Program-made: the position numbers and the translations under genes
Shown here: one piece after another, positions 12,908-26,742 of the stretch
Layout of the letters: the number at the start of each line of letters is the position of its first letter
Position numbering within the stretch: the stretch's first letter is position 1
The notes under the pieces: generated by a model
Databases searched by the model: none
What the model was told of the DNA's origin: nothing
The model's input: the letters and a program-made list of their open reading frames with translations, nothing else
Origin: Octopus sinensis
Taxonomy: Eukaryota
Reading direction: 5' to 3'
Assembly: GCF_006345805.1 (NCBI RefSeq)
Contig: NC_043006.1
Span: 61,070,001-61,134,000, forward strand
Length of the DNA stretch: 64,000 nt

Positions 12908-13413
12908 CTAGCAGTATCGCCCGGCGTTGCTCGGGTTTGTAAGGGAAATAACTATATAAGCATTTTTAGAGAGTTACTTCCCTTATAAATTCGGGCTTTC
13001 TTAGCCATTTTTGTTTTGTTGTCTTCAAGCCATGAAGACGTTGTTCTAAAAGAACGCTGGTTTCCTTCGCAACGCATTACGACGTTGATTTCTTTACACT
13101 CCCTTCCCCACAGCTTCACGAGGGAGGGAAGGGGGAGAAGCAAACAGGTACAGCTGTGAGCGTGAACGCCAACTCCGCTGCCATCGACACACGATGCATT
13201 TTATGCATTAAAATGGAATAAAAAATGATGTTAAATTATTTTAAAAATCGTAGACTCATCGTTGACGCGCGCTAATAGTCAGACGGGCTCGATATGAATC
13301 ACGACTATAAGATACCCGAATTTGGTTAAACTGCACCGCAAAATGTGGGAGGAGTTAGGAATCTAAATCGAAGGGGACAGACATTCACACAACAAGAGTT
13401 TTATATATATAGA
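12908..13413 (-). mobile_element. Non-autonomous Helitron (~506 bp)
   Basis: On the minus strand it begins 5'-TC (13413) and ends with a GC hairpin CCCGagcaacgcCGGG shortly before a terminal CTAG (12908). It sits between A and T with no TSD. Confidence 0.85.
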
Positions 13414-13416
13414 TAT

Positions 13417-13625
13417 AGTTAATCCAAACATGAAAGCAAAAAAAACACAACAACGCGAGGACGTGGAACAAATATAGTATTATTGGACGCTCAGGAAAGA
13501 AAGAAAGAATGAGGGTATAACGTTTCGAGCGGAGCTCTTCGTCGGAAACATAGGAAAAGGAAAGATCCAGAGAAGGGAAGACAGAGGAAAAAAAATCGCC
13601 AACGGTACACGTGCGGTCACATTTT
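13417..13625 (-). mobile_element. ~200-bp non-coding element with minimal hammerhead motif (subfamily A, copy 1)
   Basis: Near-identical to 23232-23438 and flanked by TA runs. Minus strand 13550-13515 reads gtttCCGACGA-A-GAGCtccGCTC-GAAACGTTatac. Confidence 0.8.
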
Positions 13626-13634
13626 GAATGTGTA

Positions 13635-13680
<46 letters not shown>

Positions 13681-13708
13681 ATAATATATATATATATATA
13701 TAATATAT

Positions 13709-13823
<115 letters not shown>

Positions 13824-13875
13824 GTGTGTGTGTGTGTGCATATGTATGTATGTATGTATGTGTGTGTGTGTGTGC

Positions 13876-14291
13876 GTAAGTGGATTCGTAAGCACAGCAG
13901 TGACTGAGTATCAAGAAGCTTACTTTCCAACGACTTGTTTCCGGGTACGGTCCCACTGTGTGGCAGCTTGGCCAAATATTGTGTACTGATTTGGTGGAAG
14001 AAAACAGAAAGAATCCCATCGTATATATTTATATGTCTGTGTGCGTGTATGCGTGTGCATGTGTGTACGTGTATGTGTATTTGTGTGTGTGTGTGCGTAT
14101 GTGTATGTGTATTTGTCACCAACCAACGCTTGACAACCGGTATTGCTGTGTTTACGTCCCCGCAACTTAGTAGTTCGGCAAAATGGACCCATAGAATGAG
14201 TGTCAGGTGTTAAAAAAATAAAAATCCTGAGATCGATTCATCCGACTAAGATGGCCACAGTTTAATAACTACAACAAGTAAAAGAATAAAA

Positions 14292-14295
<4 letters not shown>
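13876..14295 (+). mobile_element. tRNA-derived SINE, near full length, decayed
   Basis: Head ..gggtacggtcccactgtgtggcagcttggccaa, internal (TG)n, body ttgacaaccgg..gtttacgtccc..cttagtagttcggcaaaa, tail acaagtaaaagaataaaagaata. Confidence 0.75.
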
Positions 14296-14372
<77 letters not shown>

Positions 14373-14439
14373 CTTTGAGATTGTCTTGTACGAGCATTGT
14401 TATGGTATCAAAATGTGTGTAAATGCCAAATTTCGTTGC

Positions 14440-16095
14440 AAGTATAATGTTGACAGCAATAATATCGCAGAGAATGGGAAAATATCTGGAAGAAAAACTT
14501 TTCCCAGAAGAGTAGAAGGGATGCTACAAGGGATTATACGGATGTGAAGATCAGCTTGTGATCAATAAAGCCATAACGAAACGCAGCTACACAAAGAAGG
14601 ATTTAAGTATGGCCTGGATCGATTACCGAAAGGCCTTTGATAGTATTTTCCACACAGGGATCCTAGAAACACTAGCTATGAACAAGGTAGCACAAATGAA
14701 CATACAATATATAAAACATTCCATGAAAAATGGCAGACAGTACTACAGCTCCAGAAAAAAGAAGGACTCATAAAGACCAAAGCCATCCACATTGGAAGAG
14801 AAATATTCCTGAGAGATACTCTCTCCTCACTCCAATTCAGCTTGGAACTGGCACTTGTATCTGACATGTCAAACAGATCTGGATGTGGAAAGAATTGTTA
14901 CGGCAAAGCAATCGGTCATCTCTTGTATGTGGATGATCTAAAACCGTATGCTACACATGATAAACATCTGGAAAAATTACTACAGACAATACATAGATTT
15001 ACCAAAGAAATATGCCTGAATCTTGGCTTAGAAAAATGTGCTAAAGCTACCTTGAAAAGAGGAAAACTAGCTAAGAGTAGCAATATCAGATTAGATATAG
15101 CAAATGAAATAACAGAATTAGACCAAAGCCAGACATATAAATACTGAGGAATCGATGAACTAGATACAATACAACACGCACAAATGTAAAAGAAGATAAA
15201 ACAGAATACTGAAGACGAGCTAGATTAATACTGAAAACAGAGTGCAATGCTAAAAGCAAGATAACGGGTATCAACCCTATAGCTGTCCCAGTTATAATTT
15301 ACAGTTACAATATTCTTAACTGAACTCTAAATGGATTAATAAAAATAGACAAAAAAAGAAAACAAATAATGACAGGAAATAATGAAATCCAAGCTAAAAC
15401 TGGAACAGCAACGGAGTATGACGAAACGATGGAAAGAAAGGCTCCTTCATGGAAAATATTAGGTTAAGCTGAACAGAAATTAAATAGACAAAGCAAAATT
15501 CCAACTATGGCTGAGAAGCTAGGCTCAAGAGACTGAAGGATTTTTAATTGCAGCTCAAGGTCAAAACCTTCCTACCAGAAGTCACCTAAAACATGCAAGA
15601 AGCAGAAATAAAACAGGTTACTGCAGGATATGTGATGATGGAGAAGAAACAATAAATCATAGTGTCTCAGTACGCCCAGTACTGGCTAAGAAGTAATATA
15701 TTCACAGACACGACAGAATTGGGTCCTATATACACTGGAAGCTAGGCTAGCACTAAGGAATAACAACAACAAAAAAAAGATGGTATTGGTAGACGCCATA
15801 AAAGGTCACAGAAAATGTGAAAGCAACAATACTCTAAAATATGCCAATACACACAGAGAAATTAAGGTCGATAGGCCAGATATAGTTGACAAAGATCACC
15901 AAGGAAAAAATGCTTTCTAATCGATTATTCAATACAAACAGATGACAATGTTTCTCTAAAAGATACGGTAAAACTTTTAAAATACAAAGATCTGGAAATA
16001 GTGGTGACTCGAATGTGGAACCTAAAAACAGAAACAATTCCTATGATAGTAAGCACATTAGAGATGATAAAAAATCATTCGGACAAATATAAATC
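14440..16095 (+). mobile_element. R4/Dong-clade non-LTR retrotransposon relic (RT + Zn knuckle + RLE endonuclease)
   Basis: DLSMAWIDYRKAFDSI, HLLYVDDLK and YKY, then ETEGFLIAAQ, CRICDDGEETINH, RHD, RPDIV and KYKDLEI, with many stops and frameshifts. Confidence 0.88.
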
Positions 16096-16791
16096 GCTGG
16101 AAAATAAGTAATGTGTATTCTCACTTTGGAGAAAGTCAGTTGAAAAATCCGGCCGTTATAATCTTTTACACACATACACACACAGAGAGACAGAACGAGA
16201 TATATATTATAGATATATATATATTCATATGTGGACGTGTATGTAAATGTATGTTCGTTGTGAGTGTTGCTTTACATTGTCAATACGTCAATGCTTAAGA
16301 AGAAACAATCTTTCTATATGTACCTAGTAAAAAATTTTTTTACTTCGAAATCAAGTAATGGTTGACAACAAGAAGTGCATTAAGTTATATAATTTTCGGA
16401 CAGTCATTACGTATAGTGAAAATGTATCCTTTATGATGATGATGATAACGATTTTGGAGATGAATACTTTTATGATAATGATAATTATTTACTTGAATGG
16501 GATGGAGTAGTCATGGTTGGAACACATTTGCTCATAGCTCTGCTTCAACAATGTTGATCTTGTGCAATAATGGCGACCACCACCAATACTAGCTTCAACA
16601 AGAGCTTAATTAACAACTTACTCTTTTGTGTAGTTCCAAGGTGATAATGGATTCATTCTGCTTATGTTCGGATTTCATTATTAAATTTTTTTCTTTTTCC
16701 CTAAATTGATAAATAGTAATCATCAAGAAATTTCTGAAAATATGCATATATTGTGTTAATTTAAAAATGGTTTGCAAATGAACTTAAAATA

Positions 16792-17140
16792 TTAACTCAT
16801 CCCTTCATTTTCACCCACGTATTCCTGGGACAGAGTACTCAAGCATGGCTTTCTGAGAGTTCCGTCAGGAGTAACCATCTCTAATTGATAAGCCAGAATT
16901 CCCAAAGGGCGACTATCCAACCCCATGCATATAATCCAACCATATTGTATGCAGTCTGCACCTGCGTCACCTGTCGTGGTTTTAGCACACGGCACCTGTC
17001 CTGTGATTCTTTCTTGAAACATCCTTACCACATGCCCATAGCATCTGACCCAATCTCTCTCAAGTCAGAGAAGTAGCGTCTCTAGCTGAAGCATTTCTCT
17101 GTTCTCCAATTTATTACCATTGTTTTCAATAACGCTGTAC
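16792..17140 (-). mobile_element. RTE-clade LINE 3' fragment
   Basis: Minus-strand translation across frameshifts RCYGHVVRMFQERITGQV..TTGRRR..WLDY resembles the RTE C-terminal LRWxGHVxRM...GRP..RW motif. Confidence 0.65.
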
Positions 17141-17967
17141 CAGTGCAAAAAATAAAATTTAAAGTCTCACTTCAAACTTGACTTATAGGTGTATGGCTAA
17201 GCATCCATTCCCTCACATACATGCACACAGAATTTGTGAAGGAGCCAAATCAATAGTTTTCACTCTTCTGATTTGTGGCACTCCTGAGACTAAAGGAAGA
17301 ATTATTAACACATGTTGCATGAAACATTAAAAACTGCTGACGCACTCTGCACGGAAACTTAAAAGTTATTGGCGCATTTTGCTTGTAGCCGACAATATAC
17401 TCAAATATTTATTAGATTTTTGCATTTTAGACTCCAATTAATTTTTATCGATCGGGCATATTATGAAAGACATAACACATGTTAACATTCCAGATGTTCT
17501 TTTATATGGTGTACTAAGGAGTACATTATCTAATAAGTTCTTGATAATTTTTCTTTCTTTCGCATGCTGGGGTATGCTTGAGAAGAGATTTACCGGTTAC
17601 TCCATACTTAGTGTATTTCGTTCTTTGCATCTATCTCGTATTGTTGTAACAGTGATATATCTCTTCCGATTTAATCATTTATTGTGCTATAGTATTCGCT
17701 ACGATGCAGTATGTTAATAACATAAAAAATACAAAAAATAGGAGAACCAACGGTGTCATTTCAATGAGCGCATTAAGAGTTCTGTCAATAGATTTCTGCT
17801 CAAATAAATCTCAAAATCCTATTTAATACACTAGTATTAGTGTGCGTGCTTGTGTGTGTGCGTGCTTGTGTATGTGCGTGTATGTGTGTACAGCATGATA
17901 TATCTCAGCGGGTGTGGATTCATGGTGGACCACTGAGTTCTGATATAATTACTATAAACAATCTCTG

Positions 17968-18019
<52 letters not shown>

Positions 18020-19488
18020 TGTATCTGTGTGTGTGTATGTGTGTTTGTGTTTGTGTGTGTGTACAACATGACGTCCACATAGCAATCGTGTTTGACGAGA
18101 GTACAAAAATAAACGTGAGTAGTGCAACTTCGAAAACGTTATCGTGTAATGACTAAAATACGCATTTCAAGAAACGAAGCAGAACTAATGTAAAAAGAAT
18201 GCAAAGAAAAAAATGTTGCTTCCAATGTTACTACGCTAACAAAAGATTTTGGCCAAGACTCTATACTGCATTCGCAACATCTGATTGTGAAAACAATAAA
18301 TAAGAATGCTTAACTATATTTTGTTTAAATCTGCTTCATTAGAACTAATATTTTAAATGAATACTTATTGATTAAGACATAAATGTCAGCGATAAAGCTG
18401 GACCTTTATATATAATGTAACATAAAATAATTTATAGTGATGAATGTGTCATAAAATCAATTATATACAAACATAAACCTGTCGCTGATGCGACAATAAA
18501 GTATAATTCACAATTATACAAATGTGTATTTGATATAGAATTTTAATGAAATATCGAAGCAGTTTTCGAGAAAGTTTCGGAAACTGAGTTTGCCTACTGA
18601 AGCATATAGAAGTGTGAGAGGAGAGAGAGAAAGTGAGAGAAAGAGATGGTTATTCCATGCCATTTATAATACTATGATAAATTACAGACAAAACCCATTT
18701 TCATACCTGACAACTAAGCTGTATATACGATGTAATTTGAAAGTAGTTTTGTTGCGAACATATTGAAGAATATTGCAAATATACATTTTCATAATAGCCA
18801 GTGCAGAAAAAAAATTGATTGGAATGATAGTACAGTTTTCTTTGAACATCAAGATCAGACAGCAGACACTGACATTTGAAGACAAAATCGGGTAACTGAT
18901 AAAGATAAACGAGATATACTGCATATTTCTAAAATAACGTTCCAAGTGTAATGTGAGAATGACATCAACAATCAATCATCCACTCTATAATGTCCAAACA
19001 CCATGTATAAGAGATTGAAATATATGGGGATATTTGACTTCATAGATGTATATATGTAATCAGTTTCTGTATTTTTGCTTCTGTAGTGGAGAGAATGTCG
19101 CAATAAGTTACAGCATTCACAGACTGTCCTTGCATCGCCAGGAAATATCTAGTTAGAGTGAGAGTTAATTTTGATTGTATACTTGGTTGGTTATTCTGTC
19201 CTTTTTAGTCATCAAGTTTGCTGTCACTTTTCAGGGACATTCACATTAAATGTATATAGATCGTCAGCACCTATGTAAATTTACAAACATTTAGATAATA
19301 AAATGTATGTATGAACAATGTAGAAACTATCATATCCATGAAAGAAATATGATCCAATGTTTCCTTATCGAGCAAAATATGCATCCATCCCTTATTCAAT
19401 GCTTATTTCTTCCTAGGACTATTCAAATTTCCATTCAAGTAGAATCATATTAAATTTCATGTTAATGTCTTTGTAAATCTGTACTCAC

Positions 19489-19619
19489 CGTCTAATAGGA
19501 ACAAATTGAACGACACAACTATATTCCGCGCTGCTCTTCTCTGCCACTCCTCGCTGGGCCATAATACTTAAAATGTCTCGCAAAAGGCATGTATTGAGTT
19601 TAAGATCATCTGTGGTCAT
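19489..19619 (-). CDS. Candidate first coding exon of an unidentified minus-strand gene
   Basis: caaacATG start context with an in-frame stop just upstream. 43 open codons (MTTDDLKLNTCLLRDILSIMAQRGVAEKSSAEYSCVVQFVPIR+CG) end at a consensus donor CG|GTGAGT, inside a repeat-poor block. No homology recognised and no next exon found. Confidence 0.35.
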
Positions 19620-22600
19620 GTTTGACGCAGGAATCTTCTAACTGTGTTGTAAGACTATTTTTGCATTTGTTTTTCATCTTCTGACGTTGACGCAGTGAGT
19701 GCTAATTGAGCTATTGCTCTCTATTTCTCAAATCCACTGAACAGACTTCATTGTAGCACTATGATAAAGTGTGTCCTCTACACTATTTCGCATCTATTTT
19801 ATTTCCATGCAGAAAATATCATATTCCACTACCCTAAACAATTGGTATATATGATTTATTCACGTTTAACTTGGTAACGTCATGCTAAACATTACCTATT
19901 TTTATGACAAGAGTCATGAATACAATACCCAATAGTGACTTAAAAATATAGTCATTTTTATTGTTACGAAAAATAACTGTTCATATAAAGAAAATGAGTC
20001 TATATACCCGCTCTTAAATTAGTGAATATAAAGCAGCTAGAATCTTTATTCCAAATTCTGCAATAAAATTCCAGATAACAGATGAGATTCTTTTCATTGC
20101 ATAGTATTTCATACAAATGTAACGAAATACTAATGCGATGAAGAAGTTTCCTTCACAATCGCATTATGCCAGGTTTAAGCAAACTTCGCGACATGACATG
20201 TATTTTGCTGTAAGTTTTGTGATTGAAATTGCTTCGACTAAATCCCGTCTACTAAACTGTGCATGACATGCTGAGGCATGAAGTCCCCTGAGCCATACAT
20301 CATGCGTTAGATATGTGAAACAGGCAACATTTAAATACTATGTTTCACAATATATCTTCTTAGTTTTACTTCTCATATCCACATATACATTACACAGTGA
20401 GATTGCATTTCCAAAATTTAACCTTCTTCTACACCTCCGGAAGCTACAACAAACAACTCAGATGAGTTGTTAATTCGCTACGAATTTAAATGCAACCTAA
20501 AAAGCGTTGTATTTCCATGTCTCTGATGCTGATGCTTTTCAACACACGGACACCTAAATGGGCATCCAAGAGAAGATTATATTATTGTGTAATAAATTTC
20601 CAATCACGAATAACTGCAGAAATAACAACACACTTCAATTCTCAACGTTCTCACTAATTTCTTACACACATGGTTTTGTGGAAATGCAAACAGAACACAA
20701 ATTTTATCAATCACGACAGTGTTAATGTACAGCGAAGTTCAAAGTAACTACCACGTTGCCCTGACTAAATTATTATTCACATATACAACCAGGAACGTAT
20801 TCGATCATACAGAAACATAAAGATATCATTTCAAAGTTAAACTCGTAAACTAACTTATATACGTTCATAAATATTTTTATATAACCATATAATGGCTCTT
20901 TCTGAAATTCATCAAATGTATCAATGCCACGAAAAGTTTTGAAACACTTTCATGGTATTACCATAGCTTGTATCTTCAAAAATTATTTACCGATTCTTTC
21001 TTTTATAATGCTACAGTAAATCGAAAGAATTATTCTTGCATCTTAATAACGCATATAAGTATTAAATTAACTTTAATTTCACGAATTATCAAAATATTCG
21101 CTGATCTATTTACTACAAATGTAAATATGTATCATTAACAAGGTGATGGTTGTGACAGCTCATGGCAAGAAATATACTTGACAATAAACATAGTTGCTCA
21201 CAGATCATGAAATGAATGGTGAGTGAATTTAAAAGATTCAGTGGCTAAGAAGGCTTTTCCATAAGGTAAATTCATAACTTTCAAAGTAGGGTATCGAATC
21301 AAGTTAATTTACTCTGCGTGTGAGTGTGTGTGTATGTGTGTTAATATCTGTTGTATGATTTAATCCGTTTAAATTTAATTGTAAAATTCAGAATGGCGAT
21401 ATTAATTATCAGTGGGCGTACAATTACCGTACTTCTGTCGACGCTCTGAAACCAATTGCTTAACTGATTAATTATTCTCAAGACTCTGATAGGAATTGTT
21501 GACATATATCAAATTAAAATAAATTTAGGTTAATTCAAAGGACCATGAAAATAATTGAATTCCTCACAGTCTAACCTAACTGCTGTAATTCATACCGTGT
21601 TGTTGTCAGATCTACTGAACCAGAATTAAAGGCTATTTCACAAAAATGGTACCTAAATAACGACAGCTGTGATAGGAGCTAAACACTCAAATATTATGTT
21701 AAAAGAACTACCGAAAGGACTAAGTCATCTTTGAAAACATTTCATCGTAATATAAAGTAAGATGGCGGATAAATGAGCATACTGCATTAGCAAGAAGCTG
21801 AACAAATGGAATGAAAGAGCACGAATAATTTTTGCAGTGAATTGTATTCTCATTTTATTCTTATCGATATTAACATTGAGGAGTAGAAACATCAGATGAG
21901 CAGATAAATTTTATTGCGGTTTGTAGGTTTACCTCTCTACGGTCAGAGTTAAACTCCATTTTATGTCAGCACTGATTTCTACTTTTCCTGGACTCTGAAA
22001 ACAAATAAATGAATGAATGAATAAATAAATAAATAAATAAAGTATCGAACATACACACGACTTGTTTTTAGAGTTCAGTAATGCTTGTAAGCGTCGCAGG
22101 TGTTGATTTTCCTGGGACTGTACGATTATATGTATAAATTTTACACACTAGCAGATATGATCAGTGCTAATTGTATCAAGAGAAACATAGCTGTAACTAA
22201 CTATATTCAAAGCAGTAAGTACATATACATACATACATACATACATACATACATACATACATACATACATACATACACAAACGTTCAACTATTTGCCAGT
22301 AAATAAAAAAAAAGTTATATAAATAAACTGCAGCTGAATGCTCTTCATAATCAATTATATTAATTTTCAGATCATTCATTTGGAAATTTTTATTTGAATG
22401 TATTGCTTGAAGAGAGAGCCATGAACAATGCCTTTCACGGCTTCTAGTAAAGAGAAACAACGAGTAAGAAAGCTAAGGAGAAACCACGACACATCATATA
22501 CAGATTGACTCATAATTTTCGTATATTCGCTAATGATTTCTTTTGTATATCTATGCTGTGTCAATAGTTGCTAAAATTGTTTATTCTTTATTTTAATGCT

Positions 22601-23231
22601 ATATTTCATAAATATACGCCTTAATTATTTACTCTTTATTTCACAGATTTGATAATGAGTGGTAAATAATATTGCAATTAAAATCAATTTATGCAGCCCT
22701 TCGAGAAATGGACTGAATGAAAGGGCAGCGACGAAAGGAATTAATGATATGCAAGGCGCCCAGGTAATATCAACGAGTGTATAGGACAAAACTGATTTAG
22801 GTGTTATAAAAGGAAGGTAACATCAGATACGATGAAAAACCATTTTTTAACTATTAGTTAAGTTTATATAGGATTATATCCTATAAATGCTTATAACACA
22901 CTTTACGTGTGTATGTGTGTGTGTGCGTGTGTGTGTGTGTGTCTGTGTGTACGGAGACACAGAAAGAGTGATTGACAGGCAATTATGCAGATAAATAGAT
23001 CAGACATCTCATATATATTATCTGTATTAAATACATCAAAAACAAAATAGGTAGATGTATATACATAGAAAAAGAGACAAATTGTCAGGGAGAAACGTTC
23101 AGGCGATGAATTTTCACGTATAAACATATAGATATTTATATTAATAGGTCCAGTTTACACAGAGTACAAATGACAGAGAAAATTTAAGGGGTGGAAGAAT
23201 GATATATATATATATATATATACATATATAT

Positions 23232-23438
23232 GGTTAATCCAAACAAGAAAGCACAAAAAACACAACAACGCGAGGACGTGGAACAAATATAGTATTATTG
23301 GACGCTCAGGAAAGAAGGAGAGAAGGAGGGTTTAACGTTTCGAACGGAGCTCTTCATCGGAAACATAGGAGAAGGAAAGATCCAGAGAAGGGAAGACAGA
23401 GGAAAAAAAATCGCCAACGGTACACGCGCGGTCACATT
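23232..23438 (-). mobile_element. ~200-bp non-coding element with minimal hammerhead motif (subfamily A, copy 2)
   Basis: Minus strand 23364-23330 reads gtttCCGATGA-A-GAGCtccGTTC-GAAACGTTaaac, with stem I gttt/aaac. Both flanks are (TA)n. Confidence 0.8.
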
Positions 23439-23459
23439 TATATATGTATATATATATAT

Positions 23460-23625
23460 CGTTTTTGGATTTGGTTTGCAAGATTCTTTATATGAGTTCG
23501 TGTGTTGAAGCAGATTCTGTTGTGTCTGGGGAGAGTCATTTTCTTTTTGTGCCTTATAATGTAACAGACTCACCGGCAAAATTTCAACTTATTTATTTCG
23601 TATTTTTATTTACCTAAATTTTTCA
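23460..23625 (+). repeat. Unclassified interspersed repeat
   Basis: cgtttttggatttggtttgcaagattctttatatgagttcgtgtgttgaagcag is homologous to the reverse complement of 60459-60512. Both abut (TA)n. Confidence 0.6.
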
Positions 23626-24414
23626 ATAGTCTTGACTCTGTTCGTTATTTACACTGCGTTCCCTTTTGTTTGTTTGTGCGCATGTGTGTGGGTTAGTGTG
23701 TGTGTGTGTGTGACTATACACGCATGCATGTATGTATGTATGTATGTATGTGTATATTTGCATGTGTATGTATGTATATATGTGTGCGTATGCATATGTA
23801 TATATGTATGTATGTGTGTGCATCTGTATGTATGTATCCTGCGTATTTATGTGCTTGCATGTCTGTGTTTGTGTATTTGCTGTGTATGTGTGTGAACATG
23901 TGTTTGTATATGTTTGCACCTCTGTCTCCTTGTGTGTGCATGTATGTGTGTGTGTGTGTGTGTTATGCAACTATGTACCATGCATGTATGTATGGATGTG
24001 TATCTTTATATGTGTGGATCCGTGTCTCCATATGTGTCTTTGTGTGAAGTAAAGTGTGTGTATATATGGTCATGTGTTTCAGTCTCCATTTGCGTATATG
24101 TGCTTGTCTGTTCATATAACCTATGTACCTATCTGTATGTATGTTGATCTGTTTATTTTCATATCTACATGCTTACATACAAAATAATGCATACACACAC
24201 ACTGTCATCCACACACACACACGCACACATACATTCATATATTTTTTATACAACTGAGATGTTCACTGCGTACGTACCTACCTAGGATATTTTAGTGGAC
24301 CAAGTTTCACGTTTCTATAATGTGAAATATTCAAAACATCAAACAAATTTGTCCCGCAATAAAGCGTGATACACAGTTCATACATACATACACATGTACT
24401 TACATATATATATG

Positions 24415-24607
24415 TATAGATCGTTAGCCACTACACACATTTTTTCTCTCATTGTTTCCCTCCTTGTTTTCTATGTCCCTTTCTGCAGAAGAGCGTAGGC
24501 TCGAAACGTAAAAGACTTTTCTATTCCTGAGCGTTATACTAATACATTTGTTTGTTTTGTACACCACATGTCTCCGTCTTTTGTTGTTGTTTTTTCGGAA
24601 ACTCTCC

Positions 24608-24610
<3 letters not shown>
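24415..24610 (+). mobile_element. ~200-bp non-coding element with minimal hammerhead motif (subfamily B, copy 1)
   Basis: 24475-24516 reads gtccctttCTGCAGA-A-GAGCgtagGCTC-GAAACGTAaaagac. Homologous to 31712-31898 and TA-flanked. Confidence 0.8.
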
Positions 24611-24640
<30 letters not shown>

Positions 24641-24644
<4 letters not shown>

Positions 24645-26550
24645 GAGAGAGGTGTGAGAGTGTGTGTTCTCAAAAGAAACCGGAATATTGCAATATTATT
24701 TTATTCCCTTAATTTTACACGTTTACAATTTTATTGCATTCAAAGTATTCTCCATTTGAAGCTCTGCATCTGTCCAGACGCATTTTCCATTGTTCGAAGT
24801 AGTCCTGGATCTCTGGCGAAATAATGCCTTTTAACACCTCCATCGTTTTTTTTCTTCACATTGTCCACATCTGCTAAGCGTTTTCCATTAAGGACTTTTT
24901 TTATCCGGTGTAGTGAAAAAGTCATGATTACATGATTGTTATTTGATATATTCTTAAATAATTATTAATTGTTTATGATATATGCTTCGTAATGTATTGT
25001 TACATTCCACTTTAATTATTTAATCTTTCCACTCTTCCGGTGTGTCACCGTGGCTCGATTTACCGGTCTTTTGTTATAAACGCTGTGCATGACATTGGAA
25101 TTCAGAGTTTGAATGTTTAGATAGTGGGCGACACATTATTCTTGCTGGTCGGGTCACATGTAAGCCGCATGGTATGCTTTTCGCGTTAATTTGTATCTAC
25201 AAGAATATTCTCCTGAAGAGAAAAAAATAAAACCTTTTGGTTCCTAACTTCGAAACAGCAATACAGATTCAACCTTTTAATTTTAAGTTTTGAAATTTAG
25301 GTAATCACTCCCACCGACAACCTTATTGTGAAGAGATAGAATATGACTGATCATAGTGGGTTTATAGTGGTTTTGACTGCTATTTCTAGGCACGTAAGGG
25401 TTTTTGCAACCCACTCCGTTATAATTGTGGTTTCTTCATAATTATACACACCTCTTTCATGAAATTTATGATTACATGTTTGGCTATTCATTTATCCGTC
25501 AATAATTATGATTTGTTAATATATACTCTTCGTAATGTATTTTTACAGACCTCGTTATATATATAATATATATATATATATATATCAAACATACATACAT
25601 ACATATATAGATATATATATATATTATATATATACAGAGAGAGAGGTGTGAGAGTGTGTGTTCTCAAAAGAAACCGGAATATTGCAATATTATTTTATTC
25701 CCTTAATTTTACACGTTTACAATTTTATTGCATTCAAAGTATTCTTCATTTGAAGCTCTGCATCTGTCCAGACGCATTTTCCACTGTTCGAAGTAGTCCT
25801 GGATCTCTGGCGAAATAATGCCTTTTAACACCTCCATCGTTTTTTTTCTTCACATTGTCCACATCTGCTAAGCGTTTTCCATTTAGGACTTTTTTTTATC
25901 CGGGGGAGTGAAAAAGTCATGATTACATGATTGTTATTTGATATATTCTTAAATAATTATTAATTGTTTATGATATATGCTTCGTAATGTATTGTTACAT
26001 TCCACTTTAATTATTTAATCTTTCCACTCTTCCGGTGTGTCACCGTGGCTCGATTTACCGGTCTTTTGTTATAAACGCTGTGCATGACATTGGAATTCAG
26101 AGTTTGAATGTTTAGATAGTGGGCGACACATTATTCTTGCTGGTCGGGTCACATGTAAGCCCCATGGTATGCTTTTCGCGTTAATTTGTATCTACAAGAA
26201 TATTCTCCTGAAGAGAAAAAAATAAAACCTTTTGGTTCCTAACTTCGAAACAGCAATACAGATTTAACCTTTTAATTTTAAGTTTTGAAATTTAGGTAAT
26301 CACTCCCACCGACAACCTTATTGTGAAGAGATAGAATATGACTGATCATAGTGGGTTTATAGTGGTTTTGACTGCTATTTCTAGGCACGTAAGGGTTTTT
26401 GCAACCCTCTCCGTTATAATTGTGGTTTCTTCATAATTATACACACCTCTTTCATGAAATTTATGATTACATGTTTGGCTATTCATTTATCCGTCAATAA
26501 TTATGATTTGTTAATATATACTCTTCGTAATGTATTTTTACAGTCCTCGT

Positions 26551-26553
<3 letters not shown>
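24641..26553. repeat. ~1-kb tandem duplication (units 24641-25559 and 25635-26553)
   Basis: Both units start cagagagagaggtgtgagagtg and end ..cctcgttata and differ at only about ten positions. TA microsatellites separate and flank them. Confidence 0.95.
24660..24925 (-). mobile_element. mariner transposase C-terminal fragment with TIR (second copy 25654-25921)
   Basis: Minus translation KKVLNGKRLADVDNVKKK/TMEVLKGIISPEIQDYFEQWKMRLDRCRASNGEYFE. The TIR-like ctcaaaagaaaccggaat matches the ends of the element at 42139. Confidence 0.85.
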
Positions 26554-26581
<28 letters not shown>

Positions 26582-26609
26582 AACATACATACATATATAT
26601 ATTATATAT

Positions 26610-26640
<31 letters not shown>

Positions 26641-26647
26641 CACACAC

Positions 26648-26742
<95 letters not shown>

